Assembly: GCA_963765495.1 (NCBI GenBank)
Contig: CAVXWP010000007.1
Coordinates: 448,001-512,000, forward strand
From: Blastocatellia bacterium
GTDB lineage: Bacteria; Acidobacteriota; Blastocatellia; UBA7656
Direction: 5' to 3'
DNA: 64,000 nucleotides
A model generated the notes under the pieces. It saw only the letters and a program-made list of their open reading frames with translations. It ran no database searches and had not been told where the DNA came from. Each line of letters opens with the position of its first letter. Position 1 is the first letter of the stretch. Positions 1 to 9,053 of this stretch are shown here, one piece after another. Made by a program: the position numbers and the translations under genes.

Positions 1-8
1 TTTGCTTG

Positions 9-1277
9 ATGAATATTGTACTCATAGGTTTGAGCCACAAGACTGCGCCACTTGAAGTGCGCGAGCGATTGGCTTTCAACCCCGCCATCATTCGCGAGGC
101 GCTCTCAAGTCTTGTAGATCATTCGGAAGTCGATGAAGGGTTGATAGTCTCTACCTGTAACCGGGTCGAGCTGGTTGCCTGCGCCCCCTCGGGTGCAGAC
201 AAGGGCCTCGGTCGCCTGACCGGGTTTCTTTACGATTTTCACCGCCTGTCGGCAAGCGCACTCGATAGACATCTGTACCGCCACACTGATATGGAGGCCA
301 TCAAACATGTCTTTCGCGTAGCCTCGAGCCTCGATTCGATGGTAGTCGGCGAATCGCAAATACTTGGACAGTTCAAAGAGGCATATCAGCAGGCGGTCGA
401 TGCCGGGACGGTCGGGCGCGTGCTCAGCCAGTTGATGCACAAAGCCATCTCGGTAGCCAAACGGATACGGACCGAGACGGGAATATCTCAGAGGCCGGTT
501 TCGATAAGCTCTGTGGCCGTTGAACTGGCGCAAAAGGTGCGCGGCGATTTGTCGGATAATACTATACTGCTTGTGGGGGCGGGTGATATGGGCGAACTTG
601 CCGCGCGCAATTTGATGGAAGCGGGCGCGGGCAAACTCATAGTCACAAACCGAACCGCCAAACGTGCCGAAGAGATGGCGTCCGAATTCGGCGGCGGCGC
701 AATAAACTTCGAAGCCTTTTACGATGTTCTCCCCTCGGCCGATATAGTTATCTGCTCGACCGGCGCGTCTGGTTATGTCATTCATCAGGCGGAAACCAAG
801 CGTGCCATCAAGGGGCGCAAACGAGGGCCTCTGCTTTTCATAGACATCTCTGTGCCGCGAAATGTTGACCCGGCAATTGCGAGCCTCGAAAACTGCTTTC
901 TTTTCGACATAGACGATCTTCAATCCGTGGTAAAGGCAAATCTTAGCGAACGCCAGCGCGAGGCTCGCGCGGCAGAGATCATAGTGGAATCCGAGGTCCA
1001 GCAATTTATAAAGCACCTGCGAACGCTTGAAATAGGGCCGACCGTTGTTGAAGTGAAAGAATTGATCTCGCAGATGGCGATTGCCGAATTCAAGCGAAAC
1101 CGCAAGCGACTGGGCGCGCTCAATACGGAACAGGAAACAGCCATCGAGAATATCCTTATTCCGGCACTTGTAAATAAGCTCTCACATCCCATACTCGTTC
1201 ACCTGCGTAATGTGGCGCGCAACGGCGACTCTTCAGAAGTCCTAAACGAATTACGGAAAATGATTCACATTGATTGA
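9..1277 (+). CDS. hemA: glutamyl-tRNA reductase
   Basis: GLSHKTAP N-terminus, STCNRVE catalytic motif, GESQILGQ, GAGDMG Rossmann motif; ATG at 9; followed by hemC. Confidence 0.97.
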   Translation: MNIVLIGLSHKTAPLEVRERLAFNPAIIREALSSLVDHSEVDEGLIVSTCNRVELVACAPSGADKGLGRLTGFLYDFHRLSASALDRHLYRHTDMEAIKHVFRVASSLDSMVVGESQILGQFKEAYQQAVDAGTVGRVLSQLMHKAISVAKRIRTETGISQRPVSISSVAVELAQKVRGDLSDNTILLVGAGDMGELAARNLMEAGAGKLIVTNRTAKRAEEMASEFGGGAINFEAFYDVLPSADIVICSTGASGYVIHQAETKRAIKGRKRGPLLFIDISVPRNVDPAIASLENCFLFDIDDLQSVVKANLSERQREARAAEIIVESEVQQFIKHLRTLEIGPTVVEVKELISQMAIAEFKRNRKRLGALNTEQETAIENILIPALVNKLSHPILVHLRNVARNGDSSEVLNELRKMIHID

Positions 1278-1292
1278 CGCGAAAGGAGCAGA

Positions 1293-2222
1293 GTGAAGCG
1301 AAAAGTAGTTATTGGAACGCGGGGCAGTCAACTCGCTTTGTGGCAGACAAACTGGGTCAGGCGAGAGCTTGAGCGCATCCATCCCGGCGTCGATGTTGAA
1401 ATCAAAATCATCTCGACTAAAGGCGACCGCGTCCTGGACGTGTCGCTTCCGAAACTGGGCGAACAGGGCAAGGGATTGTTCACTAAAGAACTCGAAGACG
1501 AGATGCTCGACGGACGGACCGACATGGCCGTTCACAGCCTGAAGGATTTGCCCACAGAACTTCCCGCCGGTCTCGAAATAGGCGCTATCTGCGAGCGCGA
1601 AGATCCGCGAGATGCGCTGGTAGCCCGCGCCGGGATAAATTCCTTTGAAGAAATCCCGCAGGGCGCAGTAGTCGGGACCAGCAGTCTTCGTCGTCAGGCG
1701 CAGATTCGCGCCGCAAGGCCCGATCTCCTGCTCGAACCCATTAGAGGGAATGTGGACACGCGGCTCCGAAAGCTCGACACAGGCCAGTACGAGGCCATAG
1801 TGCTTGCATCGGCCGGGCTGCGACGACTATCGCTCGGCCATCGCATCACCGAGCAATTGAACCCTGATCTGATGCTTCCTGCCGTTGGACAGGGCGCGCT
1901 TGCGATAGAGATACGCGCAGGCGATGAGGAGGTGAGTGAGATCACGCGGGCGCTCGATCACACAGAGACGCGCCTCGCATGCCTTGCGGAGCGCGCATTT
2001 CTAAAGGGTCTTGGCGGCGGATGTCTTGTCCCAATTGCCGCGCACGCCGTTATAGAAGGCAGCCTGATCAGTCTGGATGGGCTCGTGGCAAGCGCGGACG
2101 GCTCGAAAATACTGCGCTCCCGGATGAGCGGACCCGCTCGTGATGCGGAAGCGATAGGCATCAGCCTCGCTGAGGAATTGCTCGGTCGCGGAGCCGCTCA
2201 AATACTCGCCTCGCAGTCTTGA
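1293..2222 (+). CDS. hemC: hydroxymethylbilane synthase (porphobilinogen deaminase)
   Basis: IGTRGSQLALWQ, GKGLFTKELE, VHSLKD, GTSSLRR, RGNVDTRL, LGGGCLVP; AAGGAG RBS. Confidence 0.97.
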   Translation: MKRKVVIGTRGSQLALWQTNWVRRELERIHPGVDVEIKIISTKGDRVLDVSLPKLGEQGKGLFTKELEDEMLDGRTDMAVHSLKDLPTELPAGLEIGAICEREDPRDALVARAGINSFEEIPQGAVVGTSSLRRQAQIRAARPDLLLEPIRGNVDTRLRKLDTGQYEAIVLASAGLRRLSLGHRITEQLNPDLMLPAVGQGALAIEIRAGDEEVSEITRALDHTETRLACLAERAFLKGLGGGCLVPIAAHAVIEGSLISLDGLVASADGSKILRSRMSGPARDAEAIGISLAEELLGRGAAQILASQS

Positions 2223-2250
2223 ACGGGTGTGAACAAACTCCGATCCGGCG

Positions 2251-2940
2251 CTAATCGCCTGCCGTCTCCAAGAGATGCTTGATCTTTTTCAGTATCCGGT
2301 TCAGTACCGAGCCAACGCTGATCGGAGACAGACCCAGACCCATGACTTTTGTTATCTCGTCCAGGGTCATCCCATGATAATACCTGAGTTTGAAGATCGT
2401 CAGGTCCCGGTCCCGGTTCTTGCCGGTGACAGCCTTTTCCAGAGCCTGTTCGATATCGTCAAGACTTATTCGGGCGGTCGGCTTCTTCAAAGGATTTCCT
2501 TCAAGATCGCTCATGGTTTGATTCATCAGAGCGCTATCGCCGCTGTTTTCTAATAGTTCGTCCAGAGAGAAACTGATTTTGGGTCTCTTCTGGGCTCGCA
2601 TCTCTCGAAAATGATCCCGGACCACGTTGACTGATATCGTTACCAGATATTGATAAATCGAATTGTCGTGCTCGCCTTCGAATCGGTCGATGGCGCGACC
2701 GCCGTCCTCGATCAACCTGAAATAGACCGTCTGCACCAGATCGTCTATAGCATCCTCGGGGAACTGCGGTTTGCGGTCGGCCTCTTCCCGCGCTTTCTTG
2801 TGAAATGTCTTGGCTACGCTTGATCTGATTATGGCGTGATAGCGATACACAAATTCCTTCCAGGCAATTTCATCAGGAGGTCGCCTGGAACAATTGGCTA
2901 ATAATTCCGCTACACTCCACTGGTTCGGTGCCAGACCCAT
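2251..2940 (-). CDS. RNA polymerase sigma factor, ECF-like
   Basis: Region-2-like (DEIAWKEFVYRY, DDLVQTVYFRL, ISVNVVRDHFR) and region-4 HTH (RDLTIFKLRYYHGMTLDEI); ATG at 2940 chosen over the ORF-track start 2997. Confidence 0.8.
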   Translation of the reverse strand: MGLAPNQWSVAELLANCSRRPPDEIAWKEFVYRYHAIIRSSVAKTFHKKAREEADRKPQFPEDAIDDLVQTVYFRLIEDGGRAIDRFEGEHDNSIYQYLVTISVNVVRDHFREMRAQKRPKISFSLDELLENSGDSALMNQTMSDLEGNPLKKPTARISLDDIEQALEKAVTGKNRDRDLTIFKLRYYHGMTLDEITKVMGLGLSPISVGSVLNRILKKIKHLLETAGD

Positions 2941-3152
2941 AATCTCATCTTTTGCCTGCGGGTTGCCAACATGAAGGCGCAACCCTACGAATCTCACGCA
3001 GAGCAGTGACCTGTTGGGACCTATTTCTTTAGAGAACTTATTTCAACTGCTCAAGCAGGTAGGGAGTATAACAAATAGCCAGTTCTACGGGTAGCCGGAT
3101 TTGACCCGCGCCATAACAAAATTCAGCCGGTGATGATTGATACGCTCGGCGC

Positions 3153-3953
3153 TTATTCGCTGCCGGTCGTAAATTCAGGAGGGAAATGATTAAGCGGGCC
3201 ATGCCCGTGACCGAGATTTGGAGCGGCCGTTATTGCTTCGACTATGTAGCGCTTTGCAACCGGGATAGATTGCCGCAACGAGCCTCCGTAGGCGAGCAGG
3301 CAGGCCAGAGCCGAAGATAAGGTGCAACCGGTCCCATGCGTGCTGGTCGAATAAACTTTTTTCGATGTGAAGACGGCCGAGCCGTCTTCGTCGAGCAAAA
3401 AATCAGATGCCGTTTCGCCCTCTTCATCGCCGCCTTTGATGAGGACCGCGCGCGGGCCGAGATCAAGTATCATCCGGGCGGCCTTCTCTAGGGCCGATTG
3501 ATTTTTTATGCGTGTGTTTGTGATGCGCTCGGCTTCAACGAGATTGGGCGTGACGATTGAGGCGAGCGGAAAAAGATATTCGATCAATGCCCGAAGCGCG
3601 CGATCATCAATCAAGTCATATCCGCTCGTGCTTCTCACAACCGGATCAATCACGACGTGCTCGAATTGTCTGCTTGAAATCGCTTCGGCGACTTTTTCAA
3701 TCACGTCGGTAGTGGGCAGCATCCCGGTCTTGACGGCGGCTACCGAAAAATCATTAAACAAAGGCTCAAGTTGTTTCTGGACCGTTTCTCCAGTCTGATG
3801 ATGAGCGCCGAAAACGCCCTGCGTGTTTTGAAAAGTGAGGCTCGTAACGGCGGCCACCCCGTAGCAGCCAAACGCGCTGATGGTCTTGATGTCGGCCAGC
3901 ACACCTGCGCCTGCCGACGGGTCAAGCCCGGCTATCGTCATAACTGTGAGCAT
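3153..3953 (-). CDS. thiD: hydroxymethylpyrimidine/phosphomethylpyrimidine kinase
   Basis: IAGLDPSAGAGVLADIKT, VKTGML, TPNLVEA, THGTGCTLSSA, GHGHGPLNH. Confidence 0.95.
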   Translation of the reverse strand: MLTVMTIAGLDPSAGAGVLADIKTISAFGCYGVAAVTSLTFQNTQGVFGAHHQTGETVQKQLEPLFNDFSVAAVKTGMLPTTDVIEKVAEAISSRQFEHVVIDPVVRSTSGYDLIDDRALRALIEYLFPLASIVTPNLVEAERITNTRIKNQSALEKAARMILDLGPRAVLIKGGDEEGETASDFLLDEDGSAVFTSKKVYSTSTHGTGCTLSSALACLLAYGGSLRQSIPVAKRYIVEAITAAPNLGHGHGPLNHFPPEFTTGSE

Positions 3954-3962
3954 GGTTTTCGA

Positions 3963-5216
3963 TCAGACTTCGAGCGGAATCTTCCGAGCGTCACTCACTT
4001 TTCCGGCGTAGTGCGAGTCGATGTATTCATCGAGTATGCGTGTGAACTCGGGGACGATTTCGGCCCCCTGAAGCGTAGTGAACATGCGTCCGTCAACATA
4101 GACCGGGGCGCGAGGCGTCTCGCCCGTGCCGGGGAGCGATATGCCGATGTGCGCGTGCTTGGATTCGCCCGGCCCGTTGACTACGCACCCCATCACGGCG
4201 ACCTTCAATTCTTCGACCCCGGTATATTTCTCTCGCCAGACGGGCATCTGCTCGCGGATGTAGACCTGGATGTTTTCGGCCATCTCTTGAAACAGGGTGC
4301 TGGTCGTTCTTCCGCAACCGGGACACGCGGTGACAAGAGGTGAAAAGCTCCGCAAACCCATCGTCTGTAATATCTGTTGCGCGACGATGACCTCTTCTGT
4401 GCGGTCGCCGCCAGGTCGCGGGGTGAGTGACACGCGAATCGTGTCGCCGATTCCTTCCTGAAGCAGCACGGCAAGGGCGGCGGTCGAGGCAACTATGCCT
4501 TTGCTGCCCATCCCGGCTTCGGTCAACCCAAGATGCAGAGGGTAATCGCAGCGGGCCGCAAGATCACGATAAATCGCGATCAAGTCCTGAACCTCTGAAA
4601 CCTTCGCGCTCAGTATTATGTAATCGTGCGGCAGCCCGATCCGCTCGGCAAGCGCGGCCGATTCGAGCGCGCTCATGACCACGGCCTCGCGCATCACTTC
4701 GCGGGCATCTTTAGGGTCTGGCCGCGCGGCATTCTCATCCATGAGCCTCGTCAGTAACCCCTGATCGAGCGAGCCCCAGTTTACGCCTATGCGAACGGGT
4801 TTATCGTTTTCGATAGCCACATCAATCATGGACTGAAAGTTCTTATCGTGATGTTGACCGGGGCCTACATTGCCGGGATTGATTCGATATTTAGCCAGAG
4901 CGCGGGCGCACGCCGGATATTCTTTCAGCAGGATGTGGCCGTTATAGTGAAAATCGCCGATGATAGGAACCGTGATGCCGCGCTCGCCCAGGCGTTCGTG
5001 TATATGGGGGACGGCCTCGGCGGCCTGACGGGTATTGACGGTAATGCGCACAAGTTCAGACCCGGCGCGCGCCAGTTGCTCTATCTGCAAGGCTGTACCG
5101 GCCACGTCCACCGTGTCGGTGTTGGTCATAGATTGCACGACTATGGGATTTGGACCGCCGGTCTTGATGCCGCCTACGTTGACCGCTACCGAAGGTCTTC
5201 GATTGATGTTTGACAC
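3963..5216 (-). CDS. ispG: (E)-4-hydroxy-3-methylbut-2-enyl-diphosphate synthase
   Basis: [49 protein letters not shown]. Confidence 0.97.
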   Translation of the reverse strand: MSNINRRPSVAVNVGGIKTGGPNPIVVQSMTNTDTVDVAGTALQIEQLARAGSELVRITVNTRQAAEAVPHIHERLGERGITVPIIGDFHYNGHILLKEYPACARALAKYRINPGNVGPGQHHDKNFQSMIDVAIENDKPVRIGVNWGSLDQGLLTRLMDENAARPDPKDAREVMREAVVMSALESAALAERIGLPHDYIILSAKVSEVQDLIAIYRDLAARCDYPLHLGLTEAGMGSKGIVASTAALAVLLQEGIGDTIRVSLTPRPGGDRTEEVIVAQQILQTMGLRSFSPLVTACPGCGRTTSTLFQEMAENIQVYIREQMPVWREKYTGVEELKVAVMGCVVNGPGESKHAHIGISLPGTGETPRAPVYVDGRMFTTLQGAEIVPEFTRILDEYIDSHYAGKVSDARKIPLEV

Positions 5217-5318
5217 GCGATTGCTCCTTAACTCACGTAAATGGAAAAGAAATTGTACCGGCTAGAGGACACGCGCTGCAACTTTAGGATTCGCAATCCA
5301 TTTGTTCGGAAAGAAAAG

Positions 5319-5390
5319 CTGCCACAGAGGTACACAGACGCAGAGAAAGATTATAAAAATCTCTGTGTCTGCGTGCCTCTGCGACCACTG
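5319..5390. repeat. CACAGAG/CTCTGTG-type imperfect palindromic intergenic repeat
   Basis: gccacagagg-tacacagacgcagag ... ctctgtgtctgcgtgcctctgcg arms; a related element lies at ~62232-62291. Confidence 0.55.
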
Positions 5391-5484
5391 TAGAAATCGT
5401 TGCTCCGAGATTGCGGAATTTGTCCCCGGCGTATATCTTTCCAACGATCTAAATTCTCATACGATAAAAGAGAGGTGAACCAAA

Positions 5485-5904
5485 ATGCCGCGAGACAGGC
5501 TCAGCGACCTTGAACAAACCAGAGAAAACATCAGCCCGAGCACACCCTATACGGTATCTCAGCGCTACACGCTGCCGCATCACATGGTGACGACCGCCTT
5601 TGCGCTCGATGGCTATCGAGTTGTTCGCACGTTTGGCGTAGTCAGAGGCATAACCGTGCGGTCGCGCTCGATCTTTGGCACGATGGGAGGCGCGCTCCAC
5701 ACAATCGTGGGCGGCAACATCACGGCATTCACACGCCTGTGCGAGACCGCACGTGCCGAGGCGTTTGACATCATGGTGCAGCACGCGAGCGAGATGGGAG
5801 CAAACGCTGTGATCGGTATGCGATACGATGCGACGGAACTTATGGGAGGAGTAGCCGAAGTGCTTGCCTACGGCACGGCGGTTGTAGTCGAAGCCATCGA
5901 GTAG
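5485..5904 (+). CDS. YbjQ/UPF0145 family protein
   Basis: GVVRGITVRSRS, GGNITAF, ARAEAF, GANAVIGMRYD, EVLAYGTAV. Confidence 0.9.
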   Translation: MPRDRLSDLEQTRENISPSTPYTVSQRYTLPHHMVTTAFALDGYRVVRTFGVVRGITVRSRSIFGTMGGALHTIVGGNITAFTRLCETARAEAFDIMVQHASEMGANAVIGMRYDATELMGGVAEVLAYGTAVVVEAIE

Positions 5905-6004
5905 TTTTGAATTATGAGTTTTGAATTATGAGTTTTGAATTATGAGTTTTGAGTTTTGAATTGCCCGGAGGTAACTCAAAACTCAAAACTCAAAACTCAA
6001 AACT
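5905..6004. repeat. heptamer-periodic palindromic repeat between convergent genes (likely bidirectional terminator)
   Basis: (TTTTGAATTATGAG)x3 plus TTTTGAG, then inverted (CTCAAAA)x4. Confidence 0.85.
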
Positions 6005-6008
6005 TTAT

Positions 6009-7205
6009 TCAGGCAAGTATGGCCACCACTTCGCGTTGTGGTTCGCCGCCCGTGACTCTCGCTTCGCCTTTGTCTACGTAAACATCTATCTCGCTGCGCA
6101 CTCCGAAGCGGCCTTCCAGATAGATGCCCGGCTCAATCGAAAAACAGGTTCGCGGTATCAACACGCGCTCGTCTTTCGTTTCAAGGTTGTCAATATTCGC
6201 TCCGTTGCCGTGCACTTCGGTGTGGATGTTGTGACCGGTTCGGTGTATGAAGTATTCACCATAGCCCGCGTCCTGAATTACAGCGCGGCAAACATCGTCT
6301 ACCTGCCAGCCGTAAACGGTGCGACCTTCGCTGAATGCATCTTTGACGAAATTCGTAGCCGCGTCGCGTGCGTCTCTGACTATCGTGAATACCTTGTTTA
6401 CTTCGTCGGGCACAGTTGAGCCTACAAAGGATGTCCAGGTGATGTCGGCATACACGCCGCCGGGACGGTCTACCTTTGCCCACAGATCTATCAAAACGAA
6501 ATCTCCTTCGTTGATAGGCGAGTGCTTCTCTTTTGTAGGTTCGTAGTGGGGTGAGGCGCTGTTGGCGTTTACGGCCACGATGGGAGGGTCGCGCGTAATG
6601 AGTCCGCGTTCGTTGAATCGCTCGACCATGTATTGCTGAATGTCGTATTCGTGCGTAGGAGTTCCGGCCTTTATGCGGCGGCCTATCTCAGCAAAGGCAT
6701 CCCTGACGACCGCGTAAAGGGCGCGAGCCGCTTCTTCGTGCATGTCGAGTTGCTCATCGTTCCAGGCGGATTCGAATTTTTGAACAAGGTCTGCCGATGA
6801 GATCGGCTCTACGCCAAACGAGCGGATCAGTTCGATAGTACCCGCGTCAATTCTCGAAAGATAAGGTATGGCGGCTTCGGGCGAATACTGCATCGCAATG
6901 CGCGGGGCGGGTTTGTTCCCGTCTTCGGTCATTGTGTTTCGCAGATGCTGGTGCAGTTGTTGCCAGGGCAGATAAATCAATTTCTTGCCGGGTAGATGGT
7001 CTATGACATCGCGCTCGATGGAATGGACGATTCTGGTAGGTTCGCCCGCCTGCGGAATGTAATAGAACCATCGCCGGGTAGCCATATGGCCTTCTTCGGC
7101 CATACCCAGGATGTTGGCCGCAATCGGATCGCTTCCCCGGAAACTGTAAAACAGCCAGCCGTCAAGGCCCGCCTCTTTCAGCGCTTCTTGTATCTTCTCT
7201 ATCAA
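6009..7205 (-). CDS. M24 family Xaa-Pro aminopeptidase
   Basis: IDLWAK, YADIT, HRTGHNI, FSIEPGIY, GVRSE metal motifs; GGAGG RBS before TTG at 7205. Confidence 0.9.
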   Translation of the reverse strand: MIEKIQEALKEAGLDGWLFYSFRGSDPIAANILGMAEEGHMATRRWFYYIPQAGEPTRIVHSIERDVIDHLPGKKLIYLPWQQLHQHLRNTMTEDGNKPAPRIAMQYSPEAAIPYLSRIDAGTIELIRSFGVEPISSADLVQKFESAWNDEQLDMHEEAARALYAVVRDAFAEIGRRIKAGTPTHEYDIQQYMVERFNERGLITRDPPIVAVNANSASPHYEPTKEKHSPINEGDFVLIDLWAKVDRPGGVYADITWTSFVGSTVPDEVNKVFTIVRDARDAATNFVKDAFSEGRTVYGWQVDDVCRAVIQDAGYGEYFIHRTGHNIHTEVHGNGANIDNLETKDERVLIPRTCFSIEPGIYLEGRFGVRSEIDVYVDKGEARVTGGEPQREVVAILA

Positions 7206-7424
7206 GGTATGCCTCCGCAAAAATGAATTTTATTTGACAGCCCTTTAGATTAACACAAGGTGAGGGCGCATTGACAGTTGCCGCGCTTCTGTAATGATCG
7301 CTCTTGCCTGTCTGCCATAATCATTCAGTTTCCCAAAATGTAGGTAAGAGAATTAGGAATAGGCCGGGAGGAAAACCGATTACCCCGACGACTTGTTTAA
7401 CCCGGGCACATCAAAGAAAATTGA

Positions 7425-7877
7425 GTGATGCCCTATAAACAGCCGCGCTCAGTACAGGTTGTGATCTTTGCCGAAAGCTCGGGCAGCCGGGATTTCCTGT
7501 TGCTCAGGCGCGTGGCCGCTCACGGCGGGTTCTGGCAATCCGTCACGGGCTCGCTAGAAGAAGGCGAGACACACCTCCAGACAGCCATCCGAGAGGTCGA
7601 AGAAGAGACGGGTATACGCGCCCGCGAAGACGAGTTGATTGATCTGGGCGTGATTAACACTTTCGAGATAGCACCTCAGTGGCGCGTGAAATATGCGCCC
7701 GGCGTCACACATAACGAAGAGGTCTGCTTCGCGCTCAAAGTAGACAAATGCGAAGTTAAGACAGACCCTCTGGAGCACGATACCTGCCTCTGGGTTGATT
7801 ACGAGACCGCCTTTGAGATGCTTTATTGGGAAAGCAACAAGCGAGCTTTTGCGGCGCTGGCCGCGATGCTAAAGTGA
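7425..7877 (+). CDS. NUDIX hydrolase, NudB-like (dihydroneopterin triphosphate diphosphatase-like)
   Basis: YKQPRSVQVVI, FWQSVTGSLEEGE..AIREVEEETG Nudix box, YAPGVTHNEE. Confidence 0.85.
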   Translation: MMPYKQPRSVQVVIFAESSGSRDFLLLRRVAAHGGFWQSVTGSLEEGETHLQTAIREVEEETGIRAREDELIDLGVINTFEIAPQWRVKYAPGVTHNEEVCFALKVDKCEVKTDPLEHDTCLWVDYETAFEMLYWESNKRAFAALAAMLK

Positions 7878-7905
7878 ATACAGTCTTTCTGTAACACGGA
7901 GGAGA

Positions 7906-8970
7906 ATGATGACCGAGTTTGACGATATAAGACTCACGCAGATGGCCAAGCGCGCCGGTTGCGCGGCAAAGCATCCGCCCGGATACCTGCTGCCGCTTCT
8001 TGGAAAACTGCCTCAGATAACCGACCCCAATGTGCTCATAGGCAGCGCGACCGCCGATGATGCCGCAGTTTACAAATTGAGCGATGATCTGGCGCTCGTC
8101 CTTACTACTGATTTCTTCACGCCCATCGTGGATCATCCTTTCGATTTCGGCGCTGTCGCCGCCGCAAATGCCTTGAGCGACATCTATGCCATGGGGGGCC
8201 GCCCTATCTCTGCGCTCAACATCGTAGGCTTTCCCGAATCATCGCTTCCCGCCGAAGTCCTCGGCGAGATACTGCGCGGCGCTTCGGCGAAAGCCTCGGA
8301 GGCCGGAATTGATATAGTCGGCGGCCATACGATAAAGACCGAAGAACCCATTTACGGGCTGGCGGTAGTCGGCACAGTTCATCCACAGAAAATACTATCA
8401 AACGCGGGCGCGCTCGCGGGCGATGCGCTTATTCTGACCAAACCCGTAGGCATAGGAATTATAACTACCGCTTCGAAAGTCGGCGAAGATACACAGGGCG
8501 CAATCGCTCAGGCGATAGAAGTGATGACGACGCTCAACCGGCAGGCTTCCGAAGTAGTGATCGAGATAGGAGCGCACGCGGTGACCGATGTTACAGGTTT
8601 TGGCCTCCTTGGCCACCTTCGCAATATGACTGCCGCATCTTCGTTGAGCGCGCGCGTCTGGCTCGACCGGGTTCCTGCCCTGTCTGCTGCGTGGGATTAC
8701 GTGCGAGCGGGCATCGCGCCCGGCGGAACACACGCCAACCGCAGGTTTCTGGCCGATTGGGTCAGTTATGCAGGGGACATAACTAAAGAAGATGAATTGA
8801 TCTTAGCCGACGCTCAGACATCGGGCGGATTGCTTGTAGCCGTAGCGGCTGATCGAGCCGATTTGATGATCCGGTCGCTCAAGCGAGCGGGTGTGAATGA
8901 GGCATGCGTAATAGGTCGTTTTGAGGCGGGCGAGCCGGGTCGCATATCCGTCACGCGTAGCGAGAGTTGA
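7906..8970 (+). CDS. selD: selenide, water dikinase (selenophosphate synthetase), Cys form
   Basis: RLTQ..AGCAAK (TGC codon), DDAAVY, TTDFFTPIVD, AANALSDIYAMGG, TDVTGFGLLGHL, DAQTSGGLL. Confidence 0.96.
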   Translation: MMTEFDDIRLTQMAKRAGCAAKHPPGYLLPLLGKLPQITDPNVLIGSATADDAAVYKLSDDLALVLTTDFFTPIVDHPFDFGAVAAANALSDIYAMGGRPISALNIVGFPESSLPAEVLGEILRGASAKASEAGIDIVGGHTIKTEEPIYGLAVVGTVHPQKILSNAGALAGDALILTKPVGIGIITTASKVGEDTQGAIAQAIEVMTTLNRQASEVVIEIGAHAVTDVTGFGLLGHLRNMTAASSLSARVWLDRVPALSAAWDYVRAGIAPGGTHANRRFLADWVSYAGDITKEDELILADAQTSGGLLVAVAADRADLMIRSLKRAGVNEACVIGRFEAGEPGRISVTRSES

Positions 8971-8974
8971 CAAT

Positions 8975-9045
8975 GATTAACAGGAGTTCAGACGGATTCG
9001 GCAAGAATCCCGTTTTATCCGTCTAAATCCTGTTAATCCTGTCAA
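8975..9045. repeat. ACAGGATT/AATCCTGT-type palindromic repeat
   Basis: aacaggagttcagacggat ... atccgtctaaatcctgttaatcctgtc between convergent genes; same family at 32459-32492 and 52181-52240. Confidence 0.6.
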
Positions 9046-9053
9046 CCTCTTTA

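Noticed and set aside
1275-1295. hemA TGA is in frame with hemC (possible read-through)
   Set aside because: hemC has its own AAGGAG RBS, both proteins are full length, and there is no Cys-equivalent position or SECIS; coincidence
5905-6004. CRISPR array
   Set aside because: Tandem 7/14-nt units without unique spacers; no array found anywhere in the window, including near the Cas4-like gene
7954-7972. SelD as a selenoprotein
   Set aside because: The active-site codon is TGC (Cys), not TGA
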